64,000 nucleotides of DNA from an uncultured Planctomycetota bacterium. Its GTDB lineage: Bacteria; Planctomycetota; Planctomycetia; Isosphaerales; Isosphaeraceae. Under the pieces are notes generated by a model. The model worked only from the letters and a program-made list of their open reading frames with translations. It did not search any database and had not been told where the DNA came from. Positions 54,499-63,900 of this stretch are shown here, in pieces; position 1 is the stretch's first letter; every line of letters begins with the position of its first letter. A program made the position numbers and the translations under genes. The stretch is taken from NCBI GenBank assembly GCA_963845755.1, contig CAWJTV010000041.1, forward strand, positions 640,001 to 704,000. Direction: 5' to 3'.

Positions 54499-54750
54499 TC
54501 AACTCGCCTTCTGCAACTGTGCGGCGAAGTCCAGCGGGTCGGCGATCCCGTAGATCTCGAGTGTCCCTCGCGCGGCAGCGAGGTGGTTCGGGAATACCTG
54601 CTGGTCTTCGGGTAGCAGGGGCAAAGAGACGATTGCCCCCGATTGCGGATGCTCGTACCAACGAGCCGCCGGCTCCTACTGGAGCACACGGCACGTGAAG
54701 CCCAGCGACTTCAAGACCTGGTCCAGCGCTCGGTAAGTCACCTTGTTCAT
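54499..54750 (-). pseudogene. Small HicA-like protein with in-frame TAG
   Basis: MNKVTYRALDQVLKSLGFTCRVLQ*EPAARWYEHPQSGAIVSLPLLPEDQQVFPNHLAAARGTLEIYGIADPLDFAAQLQKAS*; TAG at 54676-54678; the frame is otherwise unbroken. Confidence 0.55.
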
Positions 54751-54853
54751 CCTTTGACCTCCCATCACCCGCGTTCCAGTGCGGCCTGTTTCAAACTCCG
54801 CATCCGGGCCATGGCCTGTCGATTCACGGTTTGCCTAGAGCGCTTCACGGTTG

Positions 54854-55008
54854 TGTTGCATACACTCGACGCTCACTCCCGAGGAACCCCCCTGTATCCC
54901 CCTTCGTAAGGGGGGAAAGGAAGCGGGTCGCTTCGTCTCAATCCTCCCCCCTTACGAAGGAGGGATACAGGGGGGTGAATTCGCAGCGACCCAAGGGTGT
55001 ATGTAACG
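54854..55008. repeat. MITE/REP-like nested palindromic element
   Basis: Inner IR ACCCCCCTGTATCCCCCTTCGTAAGGGGGGA (from 54886) and TCCCCCCTTACGAAGGAGGGATACAGGGGGGT (to 54976). Outer IR GTTGCATACACTC ... GGGTGTATGTAAC. Confidence 0.75.
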
Positions 55009-55195
55009 TAATCGTTACGCGCTCCAGCCAGCCCGTGCCCCAATCAGTCCTCCTTGACAACCTCGGCACTACCTCGAGCTTCACTTTCATTCTACAACGA
55101 CCTGTCCTGAAAGGGAGTTCAAACGGTACAGTCATATGGTCCGTTTTCGACGTCTCGTCGAGACTGTTGCAGCAAGGCCGGGTGGATCGCGTCGA

Positions 55196-56605
55196 TCAAC
55201 CTGAGGGCTCGGCCTCCTCGCCGGATTCATCATCGGGCAGGTTGAGTTCCTTGATCCGACGATAGAGCCGCGGGCGGGAGATGCCCAGGATCTCGGCGGC
55301 GCGCGACTTGTTGCTCCGCGACTGGCGCAAGGCCGTCTCGATCAGGCGGCGCTCGACCTCGGTCAACAACTGATCGAGCGGCTTGATCGAACAGGGTGCG
55401 GCCGGAGGATTGTAGGCACCCCCCAGGCTGCCGCGAATCGTGGCGGGCAAGTCATCTGCGGCGATCGTTTGCGCCTTGACGAGTGGTCGTGCGAAGGCAT
55501 GGTCGATGACGCGGGCTAGCTCCGGGAGGTTCCCCGGCCAATCGTAGGCGAGCAGGACCGCGACGGCCTCGGGCGCGAAGCCGATGCGCTGGGGACCTCC
55601 GCGCTCGTTGGCCCGTTCGAGGAAGTGCTGCGCCAGGGCCGGCAATTCGTCACGCCGGTCGCGCAGGGGTGCAAGGCGGATCACCAGCGTCGTCAGGGCG
55701 AAGTAGAACTCTGGGTGCAATCGCTCGTCTCTCAAGGCCACGTCGGGCTCGAGGGCCGTGGTCGCCAGCAGCCGGACGCGCGCATCGAGTGCTTCGACCA
55801 GCCGTACCTGGAGGTCGCGGGGGAGGCTGAGAATCTCATCGATCAGCAAGGAGGAGCCTTCGCTCAGCGAGAGGCATGGCCGCCGCCCGATCCCCGCAGC
55901 CGCGTCGGCGATCTTGGCGCCGAACAACTCGCGCTCGAGGATCTCTGCCGGGAGTGCCTCGCAGTCGAAGGCGATCAACGGTCGCTGGCGGCTTGACCCG
56001 TGCTGATGGATGGTCCGCGCGACGTGTCGCTTTCCTGTCCCCGGCTCGCCGAGGATCAGCACCGGAACCGTCGAGCCCGCCGCCAGCCGGACCTGTTCCA
56101 TCAGCCGGCGGTGAGCCGGGCCGAACCCGATGAGGCCGTCCAGCCCGTACCGCTCCTGCAGGCGCCGACGGATCTCCAGGAGTTCGACATGAAGCTGGTG
56201 GCCTTCGGAATCGGGGACGCTCGGCCGGTCATCCACCGGGCGCACCGTCCCCAACAGACCAATGAGCTGGTCGTGCTCGTCGCGGAACGGCCAGAACTCG
56301 ACCCGACGCCAGAGCGGCTCGCCGGCGGCGTGGTAGATCAACGTCGGGCTTCCCGCGGGCTGACCGGCTATGGCCTCTGGCGGCGGATGGAAGCTCGCGG
56401 CCAGGTCGGTCGCGTCCCCCGCGCGAGTTGGCCCGTGGGCCTGGCAAGTCAGACCCACCACCGACTCGCTCGCATGGCCCGTCAGCTCCTCCCAGGCCCG
56501 ATTCACCCAGACCAGCTTCAGCGCCGGGTCGAGCCAGAAGATGGGTTCGCGCGCGCGCTGCCAGAGCGGATTCGGCTCGAATGCGACGGCGCGTGGAGTT
56601 GGCAT
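55196..56605 (-). CDS. PAS + NtrC-type AAA+ + Fis-HTH transcriptional regulator lacking GAFTGA
   Basis: PAS (WVNRAWEELTG), GEPGTGK, ELFG, LLIDEI, PLRDRRDE, YDWPGNLPEL, NKSRAAEILGISRPRLYRRI. Confidence 0.9.
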   Translation of the reverse strand: MPTPRAVAFEPNPLWQRAREPIFWLDPALKLVWVNRAWEELTGHASESVVGLTCQAHGPTRAGDATDLAASFHPPPEAIAGQPAGSPTLIYHAAGEPLWRRVEFWPFRDEHDQLIGLLGTVRPVDDRPSVPDSEGHQLHVELLEIRRRLQERYGLDGLIGFGPAHRRLMEQVRLAAGSTVPVLILGEPGTGKRHVARTIHQHGSSRQRPLIAFDCEALPAEILERELFGAKIADAAAGIGRRPCLSLSEGSSLLIDEILSLPRDLQVRLVEALDARVRLLATTALEPDVALRDERLHPEFYFALTTLVIRLAPLRDRRDELPALAQHFLERANERGGPQRIGFAPEAVAVLLAYDWPGNLPELARVIDHAFARPLVKAQTIAADDLPATIRGSLGGAYNPPAAPCSIKPLDQLLTEVERRLIETALRQSRSNKSRAAEILGISRPRLYRRIKELNLPDDESGEEAEPSG

Positions 56606-56623
56606 AAAGGCTATGATCTAATG

Positions 56624-56717
56624 AGTGGCAAGTGACAAGTGGCAAGCGGGTAAACGGGATCACATCTCCCTGGCGTTTTTGTCTTCACCTGCCACTTGTC
56701 GCTTGCCACTTGCCACT
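56624..56717. repeat. Inverted pair of heptamer arrays (AGTGGCA)n ... (TGCCACT)n in divergent promoter region
   Basis: agtggca agtgaca agtggca ag ... tgccact tgtcgct tgccact tgccact. Confidence 0.75.
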
Positions 56718-56769
56718 GAGAAGCGACTATCGCTTCGCTCCGGCACGAACGCAAGGAAAAAGCAAAGAC

Positions 56770-57950
56770 ATGGCCGAATCGCAGCCGCTTCCGGAACGAC
56801 CCGAGACATGGGCCATCGCCCTGGACGGAGGGACGACGAACACTCGGGCTCGCCTGTTACACGGGTCTCGGATCATCGCAACCGCACGGCGCGGTCTGGG
56901 CGTCCGAGACACGGTCCTGGGTGATTCCCACCAGCCGGCTGCGCCCGAGGCTGCCTTGAAAGTGGACCGGGATTCGAGCGCGGCAACGTCCGCTCCGCCG
57001 TACCGCGATCGCCTGGTCCGGGCGGTTCGCGAGGTCATCGAGGAGGTCAGCCGGCCCCGGATCGATCCGGCGGAGACTTCTTCCATGGGCGATCGACTGG
57101 AGCTCCTCGTCATGGCCGGCATGCTCTCTTCGGAAGTCGGACTCGTCGCCGTCCCTCATGTCGCGGCACCGGCTGGCCTCGACGACCTGGCCTTGGGCGT
57201 GGCCGTGGTGAGCCTCCCCGAGGTCGCCGCGATGCCGATCCATGTCGTGCCGGGGATCCGGACACCGGCGGCCGAGGGTCCCGACGGTTGGTTCGAGTCC
57301 GACGTGATGCGCGGCGAGGAATGCGAGACCCTGGGGGCTTACGCGGCCCTGGTCGCCGACGGACGGATCGGGCCCGGTCAGTGGCCGGTCTTCCTCTGGC
57401 CGGGCTCGCACACGAAACTGGTGGAAGTTGATACCTCGGGCCGAATTACCCGCAGCCATACTACGCTCGGTGGCGAGCTGCTCCAGGCGGTCGCGCGGAA
57501 CACGCTCCTGGCGGCCAGTTTGCCCGATCCGCTACCTGACGCACCCGACCCGGACGCGGTGGCCGCCGGCGGCCGGGCCGTCGAACGTCAAGGGCTGGGG
57601 CGAGCGGCGTTTCTGGTGCGGATCGCCGCTTTGAACCAGAGCCTTGACCTCGCCGTGCACGCGTCATTCTGGATCGGCGCGGCCGTCACCGCCGACATCC
57701 TGGCACTCGCACGACACCGCATCCTCATGCCCGGCCGGCCAGTCTGGGTAGGCGGGCGTCAGCCGTTGCGCACGCTCTACGCGACCGCCCTCTCTCGCCA
57801 TCACGGCGGACCCGTCGCCCCGCTGGACGATGCCCTGGCCGAGTCCGCCTCGGCACTCGGCGCTGCGCGATCGCCAACCGCCGTGCTCAACTCGATACTC
57901 CTCCGCATCCGGCCGAATGAAGGGAGTGCACCACCGTGGCTCGGAGTTCG
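56770..57950 (+). CDS. dgoK: 2-dehydro-3-deoxygalactonokinase-like sugar kinase (3' end uncertain, probable indel near 57865)
   Basis: IALDGGTTNTR, AGMLSSEVGL, VPHVAAPA, DVMRGEE, PGSHTK, TTLGGEL. Confidence 0.8.
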
Positions 57951-57958
57951 CCTGGGGC

Positions 57959-58762
57959 TCAGGATTGGCAGAATCGGCTCCAGGACCAGACCACCTGACC
58001 GATGATGATTGGGACTCCATCGCCATTGAACTCGACGGGGATCAGCGGATACTCGCGGCCCTCGTGGTTCGGCCGTAGGATGATGTGGCGGCCGTGGACG
58101 TCCAGCCAGCGTATCATCGGCGTTCCATCAGGGCACACCGCCACGATCTGTCCGTGCAGCTTGGCCGGCTGAGTGATGGAACGATCGATGGCCACGATCG
58201 AGCCGGCGGGCAGGATCGGATACATGGAATCATCAGTCAGGCGAGCCCCGATCGTCTCGGCGGGCTTGGGTAACCAGTGGCGATAGGCCAGCACGTGACC
58301 CTCGACCCGAGCGGCGTCCAGGACAGTCCGGGCGATGTCTGAGAGCGGATACAGAGGGACCGCCACGAACTCCGACGCGACATCGCCCGGCAGGTTCTCG
58401 GGGGCGACGATCACCACCTCGCTGGACGAGCGTTCCAGCTTCTCAAGGCCGCGCCGGATCAGCTCGATCGGGGTCAGTTCCGAGAGGAGACGATCGTCGT
58501 GCGGATGCCGGTATCGCGCACCTTCACCATTGAGCAACCAGGTGGGGTTGACGCCCGTCTGCTCGATGAAGCCGAGCAAGACCTCCGCGGGAACGGTGAC
58601 ACCTGTCTCATAGTTGTACCAGGTTCTCGCCGGAAGACCCAGACGACGGGCCAGCTCCGGTCCGCCGTGCTCTCCGAAAATCTCCTGGCGGATTTCTCTC
58701 AGTCAACGTGATAGAGACGCTTTGACGTTAACACGGACTTTCGGTGTCTTCTTGCGAGCCAC
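57959..58762 (-). CDS. XRE-HTH + S24 (LexA/CI-like) transcriptional regulator (frameshift near 58703)
   Basis: GTG 58762 MARKKTPKVRVNVKASLSR / LREIRQEIFGEHGGPELARRLGLPARTWYNYETG...VNPTWLLNGEG; C-terminal DDSMYPILPAGSIVAID...IIGQVVW. Confidence 0.85.
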
Positions 58763-59081
58763 AGTGCTCGATCCCGCACGCGGGAACCCCCCAAGAATCC
58801 GCTTACGTATTGAAGCACGATCATAGACGAGTCGATCGCGGTGGAACCGATGGGACCGACGTCACCTGGCCGAAGGAGTGCCTGAGCCCTAAGGACATCG
58901 AGTCCTATTTTAGCCGCACATCACCGCCATTTCCACTAGGAATGCGAGCAAGCGAGGAATAAGTCCCGCAGCGAGGCGGCTTCGCAGCTTCATGGATTCC
59001 GGATACAACTTCAACCCCCTACCCGGTTGATCCTATCCATTTTGTGTCGTTGCCACGATCGTCGGCTCAAGACGATGGACG

Positions 59082-59206
59082 CAACATCTTACTCTATAGT
59101 GAATTGGAAGATGTTGTCGTTGGGATTCCTAATGGGCAATAACCGTCACTATCGGGTCGGTTTGGCTCGGTGAACCGGGTTAGACCGCGTTGACAAAATT
59201 CAACGC
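59082..59206. promoter_or_regulatory. Two palindromic candidate operators upstream of the HTH-S24 gene
   Basis: CAACATCTT-N17-AAGATGTTG (59082-59116) and GCGTTGA-caaaat-TCAACGC (59187-59206), the latter overlapping a TTGACA hexamer. Confidence 0.45.
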
Positions 59207-59623
59207 TCTGTCCGGGTATTGGACGACCCGTTGCAGGCTTACCCAAACTTGGTCTCTCAACAATCCACGACTGGGCCTCGAACCACCATCACGAAGGACT
59301 GGTAGCAGCGGCAACTCGGCGTTCCGAGTCCGAATCTCGCGCAGAGTCCGGGGATGGTCTCCTCGGGCCACTTCCTCGGATGCCGGAACCACACTGGACC
59401 GCGATGTGGGCCAACTCGCCTGACGTCGAACTTCCAAGTTCCATCGGATTCGTTCCCCTCGGAGTTCGGCTTTCGATCTCCGCGGGCTGGCGGAGCTGAA
59501 CGATTCCGCCTCGCTCGTCTGTGAACGGCGAAGGAAGAGATCCCCCGGAGAACGAGGCCTGACTCCGAGTCTTCGTAGTGCCTGGCCCCTGTCGTTGGAG
59601 TGCCTTCCGTCCTCGCGGGATTC

Positions 59624-59923
59624 TCAAAAGAATCCCAGCTCATCGCGGGCGGCATCAGTCATCTTCTCGGGGGACCACGGCGGGGACATCACCAGGCGGA
59701 CATTGGCCTTGGCGATGCCCGGGACGGACTCCAGGGCTGTCGCGGCACTTCGGAGCATCTCCGGACCGGCCGGGCACGCGGGAGAGGTCAGGGTCATCTC
59801 GACCTCCACCTGATCCTCGTGAGTCTGGATCGAGTAGATCAGTCCCAGGTTGACCACATTGACATTCAACTCGGGATCCTTGACCTTGCGCAGGGCCTCG
59901 ATCAGGGTTTCTTGATCGATCAT
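59624..59923 (-). CDS. sufT: DUF59 / SufT-like Fe-S cluster assembly factor
   Basis: ALRKVKDPELNVNVVNLGLIY, MTLTSPACP, PPWSPEKM. Confidence 0.88.
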   Translation of the reverse strand: MIDQETLIEALRKVKDPELNVNVVNLGLIYSIQTHEDQVEVEMTLTSPACPAGPEMLRSAATALESVPGIAKANVRLVMSPPWSPEKMTDAARDELGFF

Positions 59924-60022
59924 TGCTTTGTCCTTGGTTCGCGAGCGGACTGAGGAGCCATCTCCGAGGGACTGGAGCCAGGCGACCCTCACGGATAACA
60001 TTGTTGAACAAAAGATCAAAAA

Positions 60023-60334
60023 CTATTGAAGAGCCACGTAGATATCATCGCCGCGCACCTCGGTGGCATGGACAGCCACGGGTTCGATGGCGGGCATGCA
60101 CAGGGGACGGCCGGTCCGCACGTCGAAGCGCGCTCCGTGGCGCGGGCATTGAATCTCGCAGCCCATCAGTTCGCCCTCGGCGAGCGGTCCGCCATCGTGC
60201 GTGCAGACGTCGTCGATCGCGTGAAAGCTGCCGTCGACGTTGAAGACCGCGATGGCGCGGCCGTTGACCTCGACGAGCTTCTTGCCGCCGGAGGGCAATT
60301 CCGAGCGAGTCGCGACCTTTACGAATTCTGGCAT
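60023..60334 (-). CDS. Rieske [2Fe-2S] ferredoxin
   Basis: CTHDGGPL...CPRHGARFD. Confidence 0.93.
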   Translation of the reverse strand: MPEFVKVATRSELPSGGKKLVEVNGRAIAVFNVDGSFHAIDDVCTHDGGPLAEGELMGCEIQCPRHGARFDVRTGRPLCMPAIEPVAVHATEVRGDDIYVALQ

Positions 60335-60411
60335 AATAGGAAGAGTCCTTGCTTCGCGGTCAGTGAGAAGTGGCAAGACAAGATAAATGGTCACGTGCCA
60401 CTACGACGCAA

Positions 60412-60861
60412 CTAACCACGAGCCGCCGGGTTTTCCGCCCGGGTTATCGCGGCACGGGTCACATCACCCTTGACGCGACGAAGGACACCGGACAGCCCCC
60501 GGACTCGGAGCATACCCAGGATCTCCGTCAGGCCACATCGGTCGACCAGATCATTGGGCACGCGCAGGACGTCTTCCACGCTGGCCCCATCGAGCCCCTC
60601 CATCAGTAGCGACACGAACCCGCGCACGGTCGGGGCCTCGATCGGCGCGTCGGCGTGGAGCGAGACCCGCTGGCCGTCGATCTCGACGAACAGATAGACC
60701 GGAGACTGGCATTCCTCGACCCGATGGGCCGCGTCCTTGTGAGCGGCCAATCGATCCGGCAGCGGCGGCAGGCTCTTGGCGAAATCGAGCAAGAGGTCGA
60801 TACGATCCTGTCTGTCGGATTCGCTCAATTCGGTGACGATTTCATCCAACTTCTTGGTCAT
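60412..60861 (-). CDS. sufE: SufE-family sulfur acceptor
   Basis: LLLDFAKSLPPLP, VEECQSPVYL, APTVRGF, LRVRGL. Confidence 0.9.
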   Translation of the reverse strand: MTKKLDEIVTELSESDRQDRIDLLLDFAKSLPPLPDRLAAHKDAAHRVEECQSPVYLFVEIDGQRVSLHADAPIEAPTVRGFVSLLMEGLDGASVEDVLRVPNDLVDRCGLTEILGMLRVRGLSGVLRRVKGDVTRAAITRAENPAARG

Positions 60862-61014
60862 TCGTGGCGCTTGCCTCTTTAGTGATTTGGTCGTGAGTCC
60901 TTGATCATCTCGTGGCTCGACCCGAAGGGGCTCGGAGTGGAGTCGTCCAGGTCCCGGGGCTGAAGCCAGTCCGAGGACACGCGGCGCACATCCAAGACTG
61001 ATGACCGGTGACGA

Positions 61015-61869
61015 CTAGGCGCCCTTGGCGATCGGGGCCCGTACCAGGTTGCCCCACTCGGTCCAGGATCCATCATAGTTCCGGACATGAGGATAGCCCA
61101 GCAGGTAGGTCAGGACGAACCAGGTCAAGCTGGATCGCTCACCGATGCGGCAGTAGGCGACAACATTGTCGCCGGGCTTCAGGCCCACTTCCTGTTCGTA
61201 GATTCCGCGGAGTTCCGCGGCGGACTTGAATGTGCCATCCTCGTTGACCGCGCGGCTCCAGGGGACGTTCTTGGCGCCGGGGATATGGCCGCCGCGGAGC
61301 GCGCCTTCCTGGGGATAATCTTCCATGTGCAGCTTTTCGCCGGTGAATTCCTTGGGGCTGCGGACGTCGATCATGGGGAGCCCGGCCTTGCAGTGGGCCA
61401 GGACCTCGTCGCGGAAGGTCCGGATGCGCTCCTCCTGGCTCCCTCCGACGGTGTAGGAAGCTCGCGGGTAGTTCGGCACCTCGGTGGTGGTGGGCCGCTT
61501 CTGGTCGAGCCAGAGCTTGCGGCCGCCGTTGAGGACCCGGCAGTCGGCGTGTCCGAAGAGTTTGAATGCCCAGAAGGCATAGCACGCCCACCAGTTCGAC
61601 TTGTCACCGTAGAACACGACGGTGGTGTCGCTGGCGATGCCGGCCCTGGAGCACAGGGCGGTGAACTTCTCGGCGTTGATGTAGTCGCGGAGCAACTGGT
61701 CCTGGAGGTCCCCCTGCCAGTCGATCCGGACGGCGCCGGGGATGTGGGACAGGTCGTAGAGCAATATGTCTTCGTCGCTCTCGACGATGCGGACTTTCGG
61801 ATCCTTCAGGTGGTCTTCGACCCAATCGGCCGAGACCAGCACTTCCGGGTGAACGTAGGCTTCTCCCAT
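61015..61869 (-). CDS. Two-domain rhodanese / thiosulfate sulfurtransferase (SseA/CysA type)
   Basis: [29 protein letters not shown], active site [17 protein letters not shown]. Confidence 0.93.
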   Translation of the reverse strand: MGEAYVHPEVLVSADWVEDHLKDPKVRIVESDEDILLYDLSHIPGAVRIDWQGDLQDQLLRDYINAEKFTALCSRAGIASDTTVVFYGDKSNWWACYAFWAFKLFGHADCRVLNGGRKLWLDQKRPTTTEVPNYPRASYTVGGSQEERIRTFRDEVLAHCKAGLPMIDVRSPKEFTGEKLHMEDYPQEGALRGGHIPGAKNVPWSRAVNEDGTFKSAAELRGIYEQEVGLKPGDNVVAYCRIGERSSLTWFVLTYLLGYPHVRNYDGSWTEWGNLVRAPIAKGA

Positions 61870-61919
61870 GGGGTAGACTCCGTGTTGACACGATCGAGTG
61901 AATGCGATTCCAACAGGTT

Positions 61920-63249
61920 TCAGGCCAGCTTCGCCGCGACGGCCTGACGGAGCGTTTCGCGGACCGGCTCGACGGTGATTCGGTCGTAGACGTCGGCGAA
62001 GAAGCCCTCGACGATCAGCCGGACGGCGGTCTCGTGGGGGATGCCGCGGGCGGCGGCGTAGAAGATCATGTCTTCGTCCACGCGGCCGGCGGTGGCGCCG
62101 TGGGTACAGCGGACGTCGTTGGCCTCGATCTCCAGGCCGGGGATCGAGTCGGCCCGGGCGGACTCGGAGAGGACGAGGTTGTCGTTCTTCTGATAGGCGT
62201 CGGTGCGCTGCGCGTCCTTCTCGACACGGATCATCCCCTTCCAGACGACCCGCGACCGGTCCTTGAGCCCCCCCTTGTAGAGCAGGTCGCTGGTGGTGTG
62301 GTGAGAGACATGATCCTGGCGCGTGAAGTAGGCCAGATGCTGGCGACCGGTGGTGAACATCACGCCGTTGACCTGGGCGTCGGCCCCCGGGCCGGCGAGC
62401 ACGACTTCCTGGTTGACCTTGGCCAACCGCGAGCCCAGTCCGCCGACGGTCCACTGGAGCGCGGCATCGCGTCCGACGATCGCCCGTTCCCGGCTGAAGT
62501 GCCAGGTCGCGTCGTCCCAGTTCTGGATGTTGACCACCCGGAGCCGGGCCCCTTGCCAGGAAGACCTCGAGTGCCCCGGCGTGGAATGCCGGCGTCTGAC
62601 CGCCGCCTCGGCCGGCCGACTCTCGGACCAGGGTCGCCTCCGCGCCGTCCTCGAGCACGATCAGGGTGTGACTCAGATCGACGCTCCCCCCCTGCCCCAT
62701 CCCGACCAGGCTGAACAACGGGGCCTCGAGCTTCACTCCCTTGGGCACGTAAAGCAGCGACCCACTCGTCCAGAAAGCCGAGTGCAGAGCGGCGAAGATG
62801 TCGTCGCCTGGGGTGACAGCCTGCGTCAACAGGTACCGATCGAGGATCTCCGGATGATCCTTGACCGCGCGGTCGAGGTCGACGAAGATCGCCCCGCCTA
62901 AATGTGAGGCATCGGGCTCACGAACCAGGGCGCCGTTGATATGAGCAATCCCGGTGGCGTAATGCGAGCTCAACGTCCGCCAGAGCTCGTCGAACGATGC
63001 GCGGGCCTCGGCGCTCGGTTCCTCGGCGGCCGGGGGTGCGAACGCGTCGAGCTTCAGGCCGCGGATATCCGTCCGCCGCCATTCCTCCTCGCGCGCGCTC
63101 GGCCACGGGAACGCCTGGAAGCGCGCGAAGGCGTCCTGGCGACGCTCGACCAGCCACGCGGGCTCGTCGCGCCCCTTCATGAAGCGGTGGAAGGCGTCCT
63201 CGGTGAAGCCGCCGGTGGTGGGAGTGATTGTCCCCGATGCACTACTCAT
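61920..63249 (-). CDS. sufD: Fe-S cluster assembly protein SufD (frameshift near 62550)
   Basis: [76 protein letters not shown]. Confidence 0.92.
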
Positions 63250-63469
63250 GGTGATGGAACTCTTCAAAGACCGAGTCAGACTCTTGGGCCACTCCGGATC
63301 GGTGCCCGCTTTCCGCCTCGCGGATGTCATATTCCCGGAAAGCCTCGTCGGCAATCTGGGCGAGAGTCTCCTCATCCAGACGAGGCCATTCCATTTCGGC
63401 TGTGTGCCACAGCGGCTCGCAGTCAGGTTGTTGATACGAATCTTGACCTTCAGCGGGATCGGTCATCAT
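63242..63469 (-). CDS. Small acidic hypothetical protein
   Basis: 75 aa; [26 protein letters not shown]; overlaps both neighbouring genes. Confidence 0.55.
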   Translation of the reverse strand: MMTDPAEGQDSYQQPDCEPLWHTAEMEWPRLDEETLAQIADEAFREYDIREAESGHRSGVAQESDSVFEEFHHHE

Positions 63470-63900
63470 GGATTCACCTTCTGGATCGGTTGCTCTAACC
63501 TGGCCGTCTTGATGACCTCGATCAGAAGATTGAAACTGAATGCGACTGCACCGCCCAGGATTGTCGCCAGGATTAATTTCCCGATCTCGAAGCGATTCGA
63601 GCGTAGCTTGTCGAACTCCTTCGTAGTGCTTTTCAACGCCTCGTCGATGCGAGCGAGCCGGTCGTTAGGATCCGATTTATCGAGCCGGTCCTTGAAGTGC
63701 TTCAGGGCCTCTTCGATACGGGCGACCTGAGTATCCAGTTGATGAATCTGACTCTTCACTCCATCCGAGTTCTTCTCGAGTTCGTCTAGGTCGCCTCGGA
63801 TCGCCTCAAGGGCCTTGATTGTCGCGTCCGCACGGACTTGCAAGATCTCGACGGCCTTCTCGAGTTCAATTATCGCGTTCGACTTCGGCGGCAACCTCAA
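63466..63900 (-). CDS. Coiled-coil protein with C-terminal TM helix
   Basis: Repeated ARI(E/D)EALK heptads; LILATILGGAVAFSFNLLI. Confidence 0.65.
   Translation of the reverse strand: MRLPPKSNAIIELEKAVEILQVRADATIKALEAIRGDLDELEKNSDGVKSQIHQLDTQVARIEEALKHFKDRLDKSDPNDRLARIDEALKSTTKEFDKLRSNRFEIGKLILATILGGAVAFSFNLLIEVIKTARLEQPIQKVNP

Noticed and set aside
54676..54678. Pyrrolysine or stop-codon recoding at the in-frame TAG
   Set aside because: No pyl genes in the window, and TAG is used as a normal stop by other genes here (for example 26094 and 33255).
57959..58762. Prophage repressor marking a prophage
   Set aside because: No integrase, structural or replication phage genes nearby; the flanks are housekeeping genes.
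59210..59620. tRNA, tmRNA, RNase P or 6S RNA
   Set aside because: No cloverleaf/TTCGA arm with CCA end and no GAGGAAAGTCC or tag-peptide signature recognised; left only as a hypothesis in the findings.
61015..63375. Apparent 786-aa SufD-rhodanese fusion
   Set aside because: An indel near 62550 shifts SufD into a junk frame that happens to run into the rhodanese. The true SufD C-terminus is in ORF 61920-62537 and the rhodanese has its own ATG at 61869.
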